Source: Clostridiales bacterium
GTDB lineage: Bacteria; Bacillota; Clostridia; Lachnospirales; WRAX01
Length of the DNA: 57,837 nucleotides
NCBI GenBank assembly: GCA_031265685.1
Contig: JAISCI010000116.1
Location: 1 to 57,837 of the forward strand
Reading direction: 5' to 3'
Of this stretch, positions 19,666 through 28,311 are shown piece by piece. Each line of letters begins with the position of its first letter. The first letter of the stretch is position 1. The notes beneath the pieces are model-generated. The model worked only from the letters and a program-made list of their open reading frames with translations, was not told the DNA's origin and searched no databases. A program made the position numbers and the translations under genes.

Positions 19666-19800
19666 CTCATTTTGTTATATACACTGAAACGCCGAACATG
19701 TCATTCATATTTTCTTGCTACCGTACTCTCCGGATCTTAACTGTTGCGCCGTAACAGTTTTATAGTTTTTCTGCAAATGACATACGCGCCCCCGCGGAAT

Positions 19801-19830
19801 GACCGCGCCAAGAACGCAATTGGCGCGGTC
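19801..19830 (-). terminator. 11-bp perfect hairpin (GACCGCGCCAA/TTGGCGCGGTC) 28 nt after the last gene of the 28-kb array
   Basis: Read directly. There is no clear U-tract, so its function as a terminator is uncertain. Confidence 0.35.
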
Positions 19831-19857
19831 TGGTATTTACGCCCTCGATCACGCGTT

Positions 19858-20265
19858 TCATCTTATTTCTTCTTTTCTGACAGGGGTTACGGGTTCCCCG
19901 CAGAACGGGCAGAATCTACTCTTGGCTGACATCCGCTTTCCACATTTGGCGCAGAACACAGCCGCCGAGGACGTAGTCTCGGAGTCAGCTGAATCAGCGG
20001 TCTTTTTTTTACCGAGCTTAAGCTTCGTCAGTTTATTAATGATTTCCTTTCGATATTTGGCCGCAAGCAAAATCCAAAAGAGTGCCAGAACCACGCTCGC
20101 GAGACATACTGGGCGATAACTGACGGCGTATATATTGCCAAGCGTCGAGTTCATATAGAACAGAGCGTCGCCGGACACCGCTTTCAGCATAACCGCGGCG
20201 GCAATTACCACGATGGCCGTAAGCGCGGCTAACACAAGTAATGTTATCTTAATCGGCTTTTTCAT
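19858..20265 (-). CDS. Two-TM membrane protein with a C-terminal zinc ribbon
   Basis: The TM helices are ITLLVLAALTAIVVIAAAVML and CLASVVLALFWILLAA. The C-terminal motif is CAKCGKRMSAKSRFCPFCG. The gene overlaps the upstream gene by 17 nt. Confidence 0.7.
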   Translation of the reverse strand: MKKPIKITLLVLAALTAIVVIAAAVMLKAVSGDALFYMNSTLGNIYAVSYRPVCLASVVLALFWILLAAKYRKEIINKLTKLKLGKKKTADSADSETTSSAAVFCAKCGKRMSAKSRFCPFCGEPVTPVRKEEIR

Positions 20266-21751
20266 CGGGCTTTGCCCCCTTTACCTTCTTATTCAGGAAC
20301 GCGTACCACGCGGCAAGCAGAATGAACGCCGCGCCCGGCGCGACGTATACCGTCCAATCGCCGAGAGCGTTTGTACGCTCCGCGGTTATGGTCTTAACGC
20401 TCTTGTTCCCCGCAAGGTCGTAAGCGGCGACTGATATGGGGTTCACGCCGTTTTCCAAGGCGAGTTTGGCCATAAAACCGCCCAGGCCGAGTTCCTGCTC
20501 TACGCCGTTAATCGCAACTACGGCGTTAGGCTCGGTACTGCCTTCAATGACAAGACTGCCGGCCGCGGTCGTAACGCTGTCAGGATTGTTAAGGTTCACG
20601 ACAGGCGGAGTCTTATCCACTGTTATAGACTTAGAGAACGTTTTCATGCTGCCGTTTGTGTCTTTGACGAACGCGACGACCTCGTGAGCGCCCTCGGATA
20701 GATTTAAGTCGTAATCCCCCGCGCTTGCGTCGTCAAGCACGAGCGTTCCGTCAAGATATATGCCCGCCGTTGTATCTATGGGACAATCGACCTTAACCGC
20801 GACTAAACTTTCGCGGGTTGACGAGTAATCGGGGAAGACGATCCTGCCTGCCGGGGCGGAACGTACAATTTCGTAAACGTCAAACTCGCCGTAAGCGCTG
20901 CCGCCGTCCTCGGCGGCGGAAAACTTTACCTTATCAATTTCGTCCGCAAGAGCGATCTGATAGAAATTGCTGTCGGTCCGCTCCGTCTTGATAACGGCGA
21001 GCGTTTCGCGGTCATAGAGCGTGACCATATATGAGTTATTTGCGCGCGCGTCCCAAACCGCGAACATCTCGCCGTCAATACTGCCGACCTTAACGCCTTC
21101 CAGTTTAGCGGGCGCGTTCGACTGTTTCACATAGATAGGTTCGTCCGCGGACAGGGTATATTGCTCATTGCCGTCATATACCTGAATGGAGAAGCTGTAC
21201 AGCCCTGTCAGCAGCTCGTCCGCCGACACGCTTGCCGCGCCGCGCCCGCTCGCCGAATAGTCGTTCCAAACGGCACGGCTGCCGTAATCGCCGAACCCCG
21301 CCGCGTTAATGGTCACGTTGACTGTATCCCGCTCCGCCGTTACGTCCCACTTGAAGTTTATGTATCCGCCGGACGCCTCCGCGTCAAAACTCCGAACCGC
21401 GTTGTACTGTGCCGCCGAGCTTTTGCTTCCGCCGCTGATATTGATTGCGCCGAGGCTTTCTCCAGTCACATACACAGTCCAGTAGCCGGATTTCGCCGGA
21501 CCTACGCTGACGCTCATTCCGCCTTTGCGGTATTCCGCGTTCCGTTCGTTCGTCTCAATCTCCGCGCCGTCGGGGTCTTTTATTTTTACGACCGCGTTTT
21601 GCTTCGCGTTCTCCCAGCTTACGAGGAACACGCAGTCCGCGTAATCGCGGTAGAGATAAACGCTCACTTCACGGGCGGCGCTCTCCGCGTTCGCGGTGAT
21701 TATGGGCGTGAACGCCAGCGCTGTCAGCAATGCCAAAACGAACCTTCTCAT
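20249..21751 (-). CDS. Type I membrane protein with extracellular Ig-like / beta-sandwich repeats
   Basis: The signal peptide is MRRFVLALLTALAFTPIITANA. The body is beta-rich and includes an Ig-like segment (TPPVVNLNNPDSV...LAGNKSVKTITAER). A C-terminal TM helix is followed by a basic tail. There is no LPXTG motif. Confidence 0.75.
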   Translation of the reverse strand: MRRFVLALLTALAFTPIITANAESAAREVSVYLYRDYADCVFLVSWENAKQNAVVKIKDPDGAEIETNERNAEYRKGGMSVSVGPAKSGYWTVYVTGESLGAINISGGSKSSAAQYNAVRSFDAEASGGYINFKWDVTAERDTVNVTINAAGFGDYGSRAVWNDYSASGRGAASVSADELLTGLYSFSIQVYDGNEQYTLSADEPIYVKQSNAPAKLEGVKVGSIDGEMFAVWDARANNSYMVTLYDRETLAVIKTERTDSNFYQIALADEIDKVKFSAAEDGGSAYGEFDVYEIVRSAPAGRIVFPDYSSTRESLVAVKVDCPIDTTAGIYLDGTLVLDDASAGDYDLNLSEGAHEVVAFVKDTNGSMKTFSKSITVDKTPPVVNLNNPDSVTTAAGSLVIEGSTEPNAVVAINGVEQELGLGGFMAKLALENGVNPISVAAYDLAGNKSVKTITAERTNALGDWTVYVAPGAAFILLAAWYAFLNKKVKGAKPDEKAD

Positions 21752-24700
21752 TGTCCGTAATCCTCCGCATAAGTATTGAATCCGTCGTCGGGGTTGACGC
21801 TGCCCGTGACGGCGGCGTTGTAGCTAAGGGTTTCTCCGCCGCAGGTCAGGGTAACCGGAACGGCGGTCCCCGCCGACGCGCCGCGCGGTAACTGAACGGT
21901 TATATTCACTTTGCCGTCGTGTTTGACTCCATAAAAGGCGTTGTCCAGATGCCCGTCAACGTCAATGTTCAGTTCAATCCACCGGTCGCTTACGGTCGCC
22001 GTACCGCTGATTTCGCCGCCCAAGTCGGAGCCGAACAGCGAAAGCTCATCAACACAGCTTATCGGAACGACCACCGCGCCGCCCGCGAACTTGACGTACT
22101 GGCTCGGATTGGCGGCGTCGTAGGCTTTGATACCATTAGCGCTCCAGTCGCCGGCGCATATGAACTCTATCTTGTCGCATTTCAGCGAAACATCGGCTAA
22201 CAATGACGAGACCTGCCCTCTATACGGCTCGTCGATTATTGAAAGCGGATAGTTGACCGTAATCGCCGCGTCAAGCGCTTTTTGCGGCGCGCCGCTTGTA
22301 AAGCACTCGCTAAGCCCGCTCGCGTCAATAGACAGTCCGGTGGCGCGAAGCGTCAGGCGCTCCGGATACAAACCATTTGAAGTGATCGCGAACGGCGTTT
22401 GTCCGTCAATCCTCAATAAGTTTTGAGAGTTATTAAATTTCGCCGTGCCGGACAGCTCGTACATTGAATCGGCGTTGTTCGTGTCAATCGTCAGCTTGCC
22501 GTCCGCAACCTCAATCAAGCCAAGATAGCCGCCGACCGTCCCCGCGCCGGCCACGCTCGCGAAGTCTTTCCGAATAGTAACCGTCAGGCTTTCAGCCCGC
22601 GCGTACAACCCGTTCCCGCCGTACCCCTCGAGCCGGTTCCGCGGCGAATAGCCTGTTATCATCTGAACGGCGCCGCTCATCCCGTTTTGCGGCAGCGGAA
22701 TACCGTTCAGCGCGTAATTGAGGTTGTTTTGAAGATCCGCCAGCGCACAGCCGTCGTTTATATTGTAAATCAGCTCCGAACCGTTGAACCGCGCGTCTCC
22801 GTACACGTCTCCGAAACCCGGCAGCGTCAGCGCCGCGCCGGAGTAACTGAGACTTACCGAATACTCGTCGAAGTAGAAACCGAACGAATCCAAGACTTTC
22901 ACGCTTCCTCCGCCGAACGCCGTCAGCCCGTAATTCGCGGCCGCGTCTTTGGACGCGGGGAAATCCGCGTAAGCCGCGCCGCCGCCCGTTATTGAACCGC
23001 CGCTCAGAGTTATACGCCCCGCGCTTGACGATATTGGGGAGTTAGATTGCACTGCCACCGTGGAATTTGTGCGGATAAATCCATTCAGCGCTACATTGCC
23101 GCTCAGTTTGAGGGTGTAATCGTCTTTTTGCTCCACGTTATCGGCGTAGAGCGTGTTACCGTTCCTGCCCAGGGCGATCGTCTGTCCGGCAAGTTTTTTA
23201 CCGGCAGTTCCGCCGACCGTCAGCAGCTTATCCGAGCTTTTCGATGTGCCGTCGGTGAGTTTGACTGTGACATTCAGCGCGCCCGGATTATACTTACCGC
23301 TCAACGTGAACGCGATCGCCGAATCGCCGGCGGTCTTAACGCCGCTTACCTCGCCGCCGTTGACAAACACTTTCGCGCCGTCAGTCACTCCCGCCGCGCT
23401 GACGAATATCGGAACTCCGAGTTCCGCGTCCTTGACGGACACAACGGACGGCTCGGCGCGCAGCAGCCGAAGCGCTCCCGATTCGGCGCGGGTAACGCAG
23501 CTGCCATCCTTCGTCAGCACAAGCCCGCCGTAGGCGTACGCGCGCGAGCTGCTGATCTCGTAATCCGCAAGCCCAATTGTGAGTACGCGCGGATTGGATT
23601 CGCCGTCTTGCTCGACCGTGTACTCGAAACAGTAGTTGTTCACGATGTAGTTTTGGAGCGCGGTGTATACGTTGATTAACTCGGCGTCCGTCACCGCCTC
23701 CATATAAGAGCCGCCCGTCTGATCGGCTATGTTCTCCATATACTCGCGGTTGCCGCCGCCCGTGCTGACGGTAAACACAGCCACGTTTTCTTCCTGAGCC
23801 GCCTCAATAGCGCCCGGCATTTCGCCCTCGTTGCCGTCTTCGCCGTCGGTCATAAGAATTATAGCCTTCGTGCCAACGGCGTCTTTAAGCGATTCAATGC
23901 CGCCGAGAAGGCCAATCGGGATATTCGTCCCTCCGTCGGCCACGATTCTTTCCGCGCCTGAACGCAGTTTAGAAATATCGTTCGTCAACGGGGACAGAAT
24001 CTCAACAGCGTCGTCATACATTATTACGGACAGTTCCTGGGTTTGCGCCGCGAGATTGTTTATGCAGGCTTCCACGGCGCGGCGGGCGTTCTCGATGCGG
24101 TCGCCCTGCATACTGCCGCTGCCGTCTATAACGAGCGCGATGGAGATATAGTTGCTGGTATCGTCCATTATGCGCGTTACTTTCTCGTTTGAGACCGCAA
24201 AGCCATTGTCGGCAAACGTGAAGTCCCCGACCGCGAAATCATTCGCCAGTTCTTCCACGCCGTCTTTCCTGCCGTTTACGTTGAGGTAGGCGCGGACGGT
24301 CGGGTAGCTGCCGGCGTTCACGCGGCTGACGAATATGGACATCCGCTCATATTTGAGAAGGTTGTTCAGAAACCGCGAATAGCCGCGGCTCAGAACGGAA
24401 TCCGGCAGGAACGCGTCCGCCCGCAGTACCGCGCCGATAGCCGCGGCTATGTCGCTATCCGAGGCGGAAGCGTCGTGATAAACCGCGCCGAGTTCCGCTA
24501 TCGCCGACTTTATGGAAGATTCGCCGCTGATTTTATCCTCGCGTTTGATGAGGCCAATCAGGATTTCACGCGCTTTGGCTTCGTCGCCGGACGCGGCGTA
24601 GAGCTTGGATAGCTGCAATTCAATAACGCCGCCGCTGTCGCCGAATATCGGCGTTTGCGCGGTCAGCCAGTTGATTATCCGCTTTGCCTTGACTCCGTTG

Positions 24701-25641
24701 GCTTGTTCGCGGTAATCGCCGGCTTTCGCGAGGTTCTCGGCGCGGCGCGGATTGTTCTCGCCGTAGTTGCCGGCGGCTTCCTCCGCGCTTTCCGCTTTCT
24801 TCAGCAGAGCTGATATTTCATTGTCGCTTTCATCGTAAACGGTTATATCCATGTCGTTAATCAGCTTCTGCGCGATAACGTCGGTATAAAGGACGATATT
24901 GTCCGCCGATTTGCCCGTTTCAAGCAATTTTCGGGCGTTTTCCTCCGCGGCGTCAAGACCGCCCGCCGCGTTGTAATATTTGACTGAATATCGGAGCAGC
25001 TCCCTGTCGTTCGGCGTTTCCAGGAGCATTTCGGAGAGCGTCCGCGGGTCGGTCTCGTAGAAGTTATCGCTGTTCAGCATACGGTCGCGCTTAAATCCGG
25101 ACAAAAACTCTACCTCGCTCCTTTCGTTGATTTTGAGCAGGGCAAAACAGTCGTCAGTTATTTCCGACAGTTTTTCGCGGGCTTCATCGTCGGTCGGGAT
25201 ACCGCCCTCCAAACCCGTCATTTGGCGCGACAGCGCGTATATCTTGTCCGCCTGCGCCAGCAAGCCGCCGCCCAGTCCGCCGCTGTTTTTAAGGTCGTCG
25301 GCGCCTATGAACGCGCTTGCGTAATTGCCGCGCCAGCAGTCGGCAAGCAAGGAAATCACATCGGAATGAGGGTTTTGAACTTTAGAGGCGTTCTCCGCCG
25401 CTTTATCAATGTTACCTTCCAGAAGATAGCTGTACGCGTTATAAAGCGTTCTCGCGGAGGTGTCCGCGTTTTGGGCGGCGCTCAAAACGCCGGCGGCGCC
25501 GCTCGCGAGCGTGAGGACGCACAGCGCCGCCAAACTTATATTGCGCGGCGCGGCGCGTTTGACCGTGAACAGCTTAGCCGTGAGTATATCCACCGCGATG
25601 AACACCGCGAATACCGCCGCTAATAACAGGAATACATTCAC
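21748..25641 (-). CDS. 1297-aa membrane-anchored protein: N-terminal TM helices, helical (TPR-like) region, vWA domain, large beta-rich C-terminal region
   Basis: The TM helices are at residues 1-60. The vWA domain has the MIDAS motif DGSGS (ALVIDGSGSMQGDRIENARRAV), plus ILMTDGEDG and a GGTNI segment. The C-terminal ~600 aa is Gly/Ser/Thr/Asn-rich and beta-like. An ATGA overlap with the downstream gene lies at 21748-21751. Confidence 0.85.
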   Translation of the reverse strand: MNVFLLLAAVFAVFIAVDILTAKLFTVKRAAPRNISLAALCVLTLASGAAGVLSAAQNADTSARTLYNAYSYLLEGNIDKAAENASKVQNPHSDVISLLADCWRGNYASAFIGADDLKNSGGLGGGLLAQADKIYALSRQMTGLEGGIPTDDEAREKLSEITDDCFALLKINERSEVEFLSGFKRDRMLNSDNFYETDPRTLSEMLLETPNDRELLRYSVKYYNAAGGLDAAEENARKLLETGKSADNIVLYTDVIAQKLINDMDITVYDESDNEISALLKKAESAEEAAGNYGENNPRRAENLAKAGDYREQANGVKAKRIINWLTAQTPIFGDSGGVIELQLSKLYAASGDEAKAREILIGLIKREDKISGESSIKSAIAELGAVYHDASASDSDIAAAIGAVLRADAFLPDSVLSRGYSRFLNNLLKYERMSIFVSRVNAGSYPTVRAYLNVNGRKDGVEELANDFAVGDFTFADNGFAVSNEKVTRIMDDTSNYISIALVIDGSGSMQGDRIENARRAVEACINNLAAQTQELSVIMYDDAVEILSPLTNDISKLRSGAERIVADGGTNIPIGLLGGIESLKDAVGTKAIILMTDGEDGNEGEMPGAIEAAQEENVAVFTVSTGGGNREYMENIADQTGGSYMEAVTDAELINVYTALQNYIVNNYCFEYTVEQDGESNPRVLTIGLADYEISSSRAYAYGGLVLTKDGSCVTRAESGALRLLRAEPSVVSVKDAELGVPIFVSAAGVTDGAKVFVNGGEVSGVKTAGDSAIAFTLSGKYNPGALNVTVKLTDGTSKSSDKLLTVGGTAGKKLAGQTIALGRNGNTLYADNVEQKDDYTLKLSGNVALNGFIRTNSTVAVQSNSPISSSAGRITLSGGSITGGGAAYADFPASKDAAANYGLTAFGGGSVKVLDSFGFYFDEYSVSLSYSGAALTLPGFGDVYGDARFNGSELIYNINDGCALADLQNNLNYALNGIPLPQNGMSGAVQMITGYSPRNRLEGYGGNGLYARAESLTVTIRKDFASVAGAGTVGGYLGLIEVADGKLTIDTNNADSMYELSGTAKFNNSQNLLRIDGQTPFAITSNGLYPERLTLRATGLSIDASGLSECFTSGAPQKALDAAITVNYPLSIIDEPYRGQVSSLLADVSLKCDKIEFICAGDWSANGIKAYDAANPSQYVKFAGGAVVVPISCVDELSLFGSDLGGEISGTATVSDRWIELNIDVDGHLDNAFYGVKHDGKVNITVQLPRGASAGTAVPVTLTCGGETLSYNAAVTGSVNPDDGFNTYAEDYGQ

Positions 25642-25651
25642 ATAACCCGCC

Positions 25652-26503
25652 TCACATTCCCGCGTTGCCGCTTACGTCTATGTACGGCGGACCCGCGTTT
25701 TTTATAGCCGTGGCATCGCCGAGTTTGTTGTTCGCCAGATACAGCAGCCGCAGACTGCCGCCTATGCCCGGAACGGACGTGATTTGGTTGTCCGACAGGT
25801 GCAGATACTTCAAGCCGTCAAGAGCGAACAGCGCATCGGCGTTCGTTATCTTGTTGCCGCGCAGACCTATATATTCGAGCGAACGCAATCCCGCCAGCGG
25901 CGATACGTCCGCGATGGCGTTGTTCGCGGCATAGAACTTTTTGAGCGTCGCGAGCTTGGCGACCGCGCCGATGTCCGTTATGCCGTTGCCGGAGACGTCA
26001 AGCCGCTCCAAATTAGTGAACTCAGACAACGCGGCCATATCCGCGTCCGTCAGTCCGCAGTCGCGCAGGACGAGTTCGGCTATGTCGGCTTGATAGCTCC
26101 GCCCGGCGATCTCAACAGCCGCCGCATCCGAAACCGCCGGCAAATCCGCCGCGCCGCCGTCGCGGGCAAGCTCGGTAAGCTCTCGCTCAATCACGGCGCT
26201 GTTTGTGGCTCCGTAGCCGCTTTCAAGCGTTTCGCGGGCGGTGTCAATGTCGCCCATATAGCGGTAGGCTTTCGCCAACGCGAGATACGCCTCCGTATTG
26301 TTCGGCTCGACCGTTATGACGTGTTCAAGCGCGGCGGTCGCCTGTTCGTAGTTGAGTTCGGCAAGATACTTTTCGCCTATGCTCAGCCGCGTGGCGTTGA
26401 CAGCCAAAGCCGCGCCGCCGCGCGGGAAATACGCGTATGCGCCGAACCCCGCGGCGGCTGTGACTATCGCGGCTATCGCCAAGATTATGGCGCGGGTTTT
26501 CAC
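25652..26503 (-). CDS. Membrane-anchored TPR plus leucine-rich-repeat (internalin-like LRR) protein
   Basis: It has an N-terminal TM helix and a TPR segment related to the lipoprotein family (IGEKYLAELNYEQA). It then has 5 or more LRRs (LERLDVSGNGITDIGAV, LKKFYAANNAIADVSPL, LEYIGLRGNKITNADAL, LKYLHLSDNQITSV). Confidence 0.8.
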   Translation of the reverse strand: MKTRAIILAIAAIVTAAAGFGAYAYFPRGGAALAVNATRLSIGEKYLAELNYEQATAALEHVITVEPNNTEAYLALAKAYRYMGDIDTARETLESGYGATNSAVIERELTELARDGGAADLPAVSDAAAVEIAGRSYQADIAELVLRDCGLTDADMAALSEFTNLERLDVSGNGITDIGAVAKLATLKKFYAANNAIADVSPLAGLRSLEYIGLRGNKITNADALFALDGLKYLHLSDNQITSVPGIGGSLRLLYLANNKLGDATAIKNAGPPYIDVSGNAGM

Positions 26504-26550
26504 AACATCAACCCCTTAGCGCAAATAATAAAAAGAAGTTTTGTGTTTAT

Positions 26551-27357
26551 TCACTGATCCGCCTGTTCATTAATCCATTCGCCGTCGTATCGGCGCGTAC
26601 TTGTACCGTCAAACGTAATTAGCTGCTCCGTCTCGCCGAATTCATCATATATTCGGAAGTTTGAGCCGAGCTGGCCGTCAGTGGTAAACGAATCGAACCA
26701 ATGCGTTCTCCCGTCTTCAAGCTTTACCCCAATGGAGCAGCTGGAAAACCCCTCTTCCAAATTCCATTCAGGAGAGTTTTCCATTGGAATATAGCGCAGT
26801 TTCCAAATGCCGGAATTGTCCGACTTATAGATTATATCGGTTCCGCTTGAAACCTCCGCGCAGAGCGAGCGAAACTCCCGGGAATTTGCCAACTCGTAAG
26901 CGACCGCGTAGTCCGCCGCTAAAACCGCCGTCTCAATCGGTTCAAGCACGCCAAACTGCTCGCTTGTCAATACTATATCAACGGAAACCGGCGTCAGTTC
27001 GGATGTTGGTTCGGGCGTCAGTTCGGGCGCGGGCAGCAATTCATCCAGCATAGCCGCGATCTCAGCGCTATCCGGCAGCTGTGCCCGCCCCCGGCGCAGC
27101 GCCTCAACCGCCCTGTCGGTATCGCCAATCCCAACGTAGGCTTCCGCCAAGCCCGTGTATCCGCGCGGATTTTTCGGCTCAATTTCGATGAGCCTTGTGA
27201 ATTGTACGATGGCCTGTTCGTAATCCAGCTCCAGCAGATACTTTTCGCCGAGATCAAGCAGTTCGGCGGCGGTGAGTTCGCGGGCGGGAGCCGCGCAGGC
27301 GGCGAATATCGTTAGCGCAAGCGCGAGTATTGTCAATTTTGACGCAACGCGTTTCAT
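26551..27357 (-). CDS. Lipoprotein, shared N-terminal TPR module with unique C-terminal domain (paralog 1)
   Basis: The lipobox is IFAAC. The module is TAAELLDLGEKYLLELDYEQAIVQFTRLIEIEPKNPRGYTGLAEAY, followed by a Pro/Glu/Thr linker and an unrelated C-terminus. Confidence 0.8.
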   Translation of the reverse strand: MKRVASKLTILALALTIFAACAAPARELTAAELLDLGEKYLLELDYEQAIVQFTRLIEIEPKNPRGYTGLAEAYVGIGDTDRAVEALRRGRAQLPDSAEIAAMLDELLPAPELTPEPTSELTPVSVDIVLTSEQFGVLEPIETAVLAADYAVAYELANSREFRSLCAEVSSGTDIIYKSDNSGIWKLRYIPMENSPEWNLEEGFSSCSIGVKLEDGRTHWFDSFTTDGQLGSNFRIYDEFGETEQLITFDGTSTRRYDGEWINEQADQ

Positions 27358-27373
27358 TCTGAATCATCCTAAT

Positions 27374-28129
27374 CTATTCGAGGTTGCCGCCGTCAGTTAT
27401 CGCTGTTTGTCGGTGTACGCGCGGCGCGCCGTCCCACTCGCCGCTCCACGGATGAGAAAAACCGTCCTGAAACCATTTTGGCATGCTACCGTCGCTTGGC
27501 GTTTCGCCGCAGTCAGTACAGCGCAGCCCCGCCCAATAGTGCGGCGCGACCTCCCATTCGCTCCAATCATCTTCCGCGGACTGGCGGTGGCTCATGTATG
27601 CCATTATCGTTTCAGTAATTGTTCCATTGATGTTGCTTACCTCGCTTGTCCCCATCGGCTGAGGTATTCCGTCAACAAGATATAGTTTGTACCTCATAAG
27701 CTCGCTGGTTGTAATGTATTCCCCTTGAAGCAAATCGGCGTTCGGCGTCGGTTCGGCAGCGGGCGGAACCGAAGTGGATTCCGGCTCCGGCGCTGTTTCC
27801 GGCTCCGACAACCCGGCCAGCATCGCCGCGATCTCAGCGTTATCCGGCAGCTGTTCCAATCCCTGCCGCAGCGCCTCTATAGCTTTGCCGGTATCGCCAA
27901 GTCCGATATGAGCTTCCGCCAAACCCGTGTATCCGCGCGGATTTTTCGGCTCAATTTCGATGAGCTTCGTAAATTGCACTATCGCCTGTTCGTAATTAAG
28001 CTCCAGCAGATACTTTTCGCCGAGGTCGAGCAGTTCGGCGGCGGTAAGCTCACGCGCGGGAGCCGCGCAAGCGGCGAATATCGTCAGCGCAAGCGCGAGT
28101 GTTGCAAATTTTACCGCAACGCGTTTCAT
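27374..28129 (-). CDS. Lipoprotein, shared N-terminal TPR module with unique C-terminal domain (paralog 2)
   Basis: The first ~100 aa are nearly identical to paralog 1. The 5' DNA and the upstream leader repeat with a 772-bp period. The C-terminus is unrelated. Confidence 0.8.
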   Translation of the reverse strand: MKRVAVKFATLALALTIFAACAAPARELTAAELLDLGEKYLLELNYEQAIVQFTKLIEIEPKNPRGYTGLAEAHIGLGDTGKAIEALRQGLEQLPDNAEIAAMLAGLSEPETAPEPESTSVPPAAEPTPNADLLQGEYITTSELMRYKLYLVDGIPQPMGTSEVSNINGTITETIMAYMSHRQSAEDDWSEWEVAPHYWAGLRCTDCGETPSDGSMPKWFQDGFSHPWSGEWDGAPRVHRQTAITDGGNLE

Positions 28130-28145
28130 TCCGAATCATCCTAGT

Positions 28146-28301
28146 CTATTTGAGATTTCCGCCGTATTCCTCGTTCAGTTTGCGGCGCAGACGCCTCCGG
28201 CTGCCCGCCAGCACGGCAATTACGATGACTGCCGCCACAACGACGACCGCCATCCCGGCTATGCCGCCGTAAAAGAGCATTTCACCCGGTGTTAAGCTCA
28301 T
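28146..28301 (-). CDS. Unannotated 51-aa single-TM protein (MSLTPGEMLFYGGIAGMAVVVVAAVIVIAVLAGSRRRLRRKLNEEYGGNLK)
   Basis: It falls below the ORF-track length cutoff. ATG at 28301 is preceded by a GGAGGG RBS and lies 10 nt after the kinase stop codon. It has a hydrophobic helix followed by a basic stretch. The last codons (GGNLK*) and the downstream leader are duplicated at the end of paralog 2 (GGNLE*). Confidence 0.5.
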   Translation of the reverse strand: MSLTPGEMLFYGGIAGMAVVVVAAVIVIAVLAGSRRRLRRKLNEEYGGNLK

Positions 28302-28311
28302 TTTCGCCCTC

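Noticed and set aside
20249-25641. Sortase-assembled pilus with a vWA tip adhesin
   Set aside because: There is no sortase gene, no LPXTG/cell-wall sorting signal and no pilin motif. The vWA protein is anchored by N-terminal TM helices instead.
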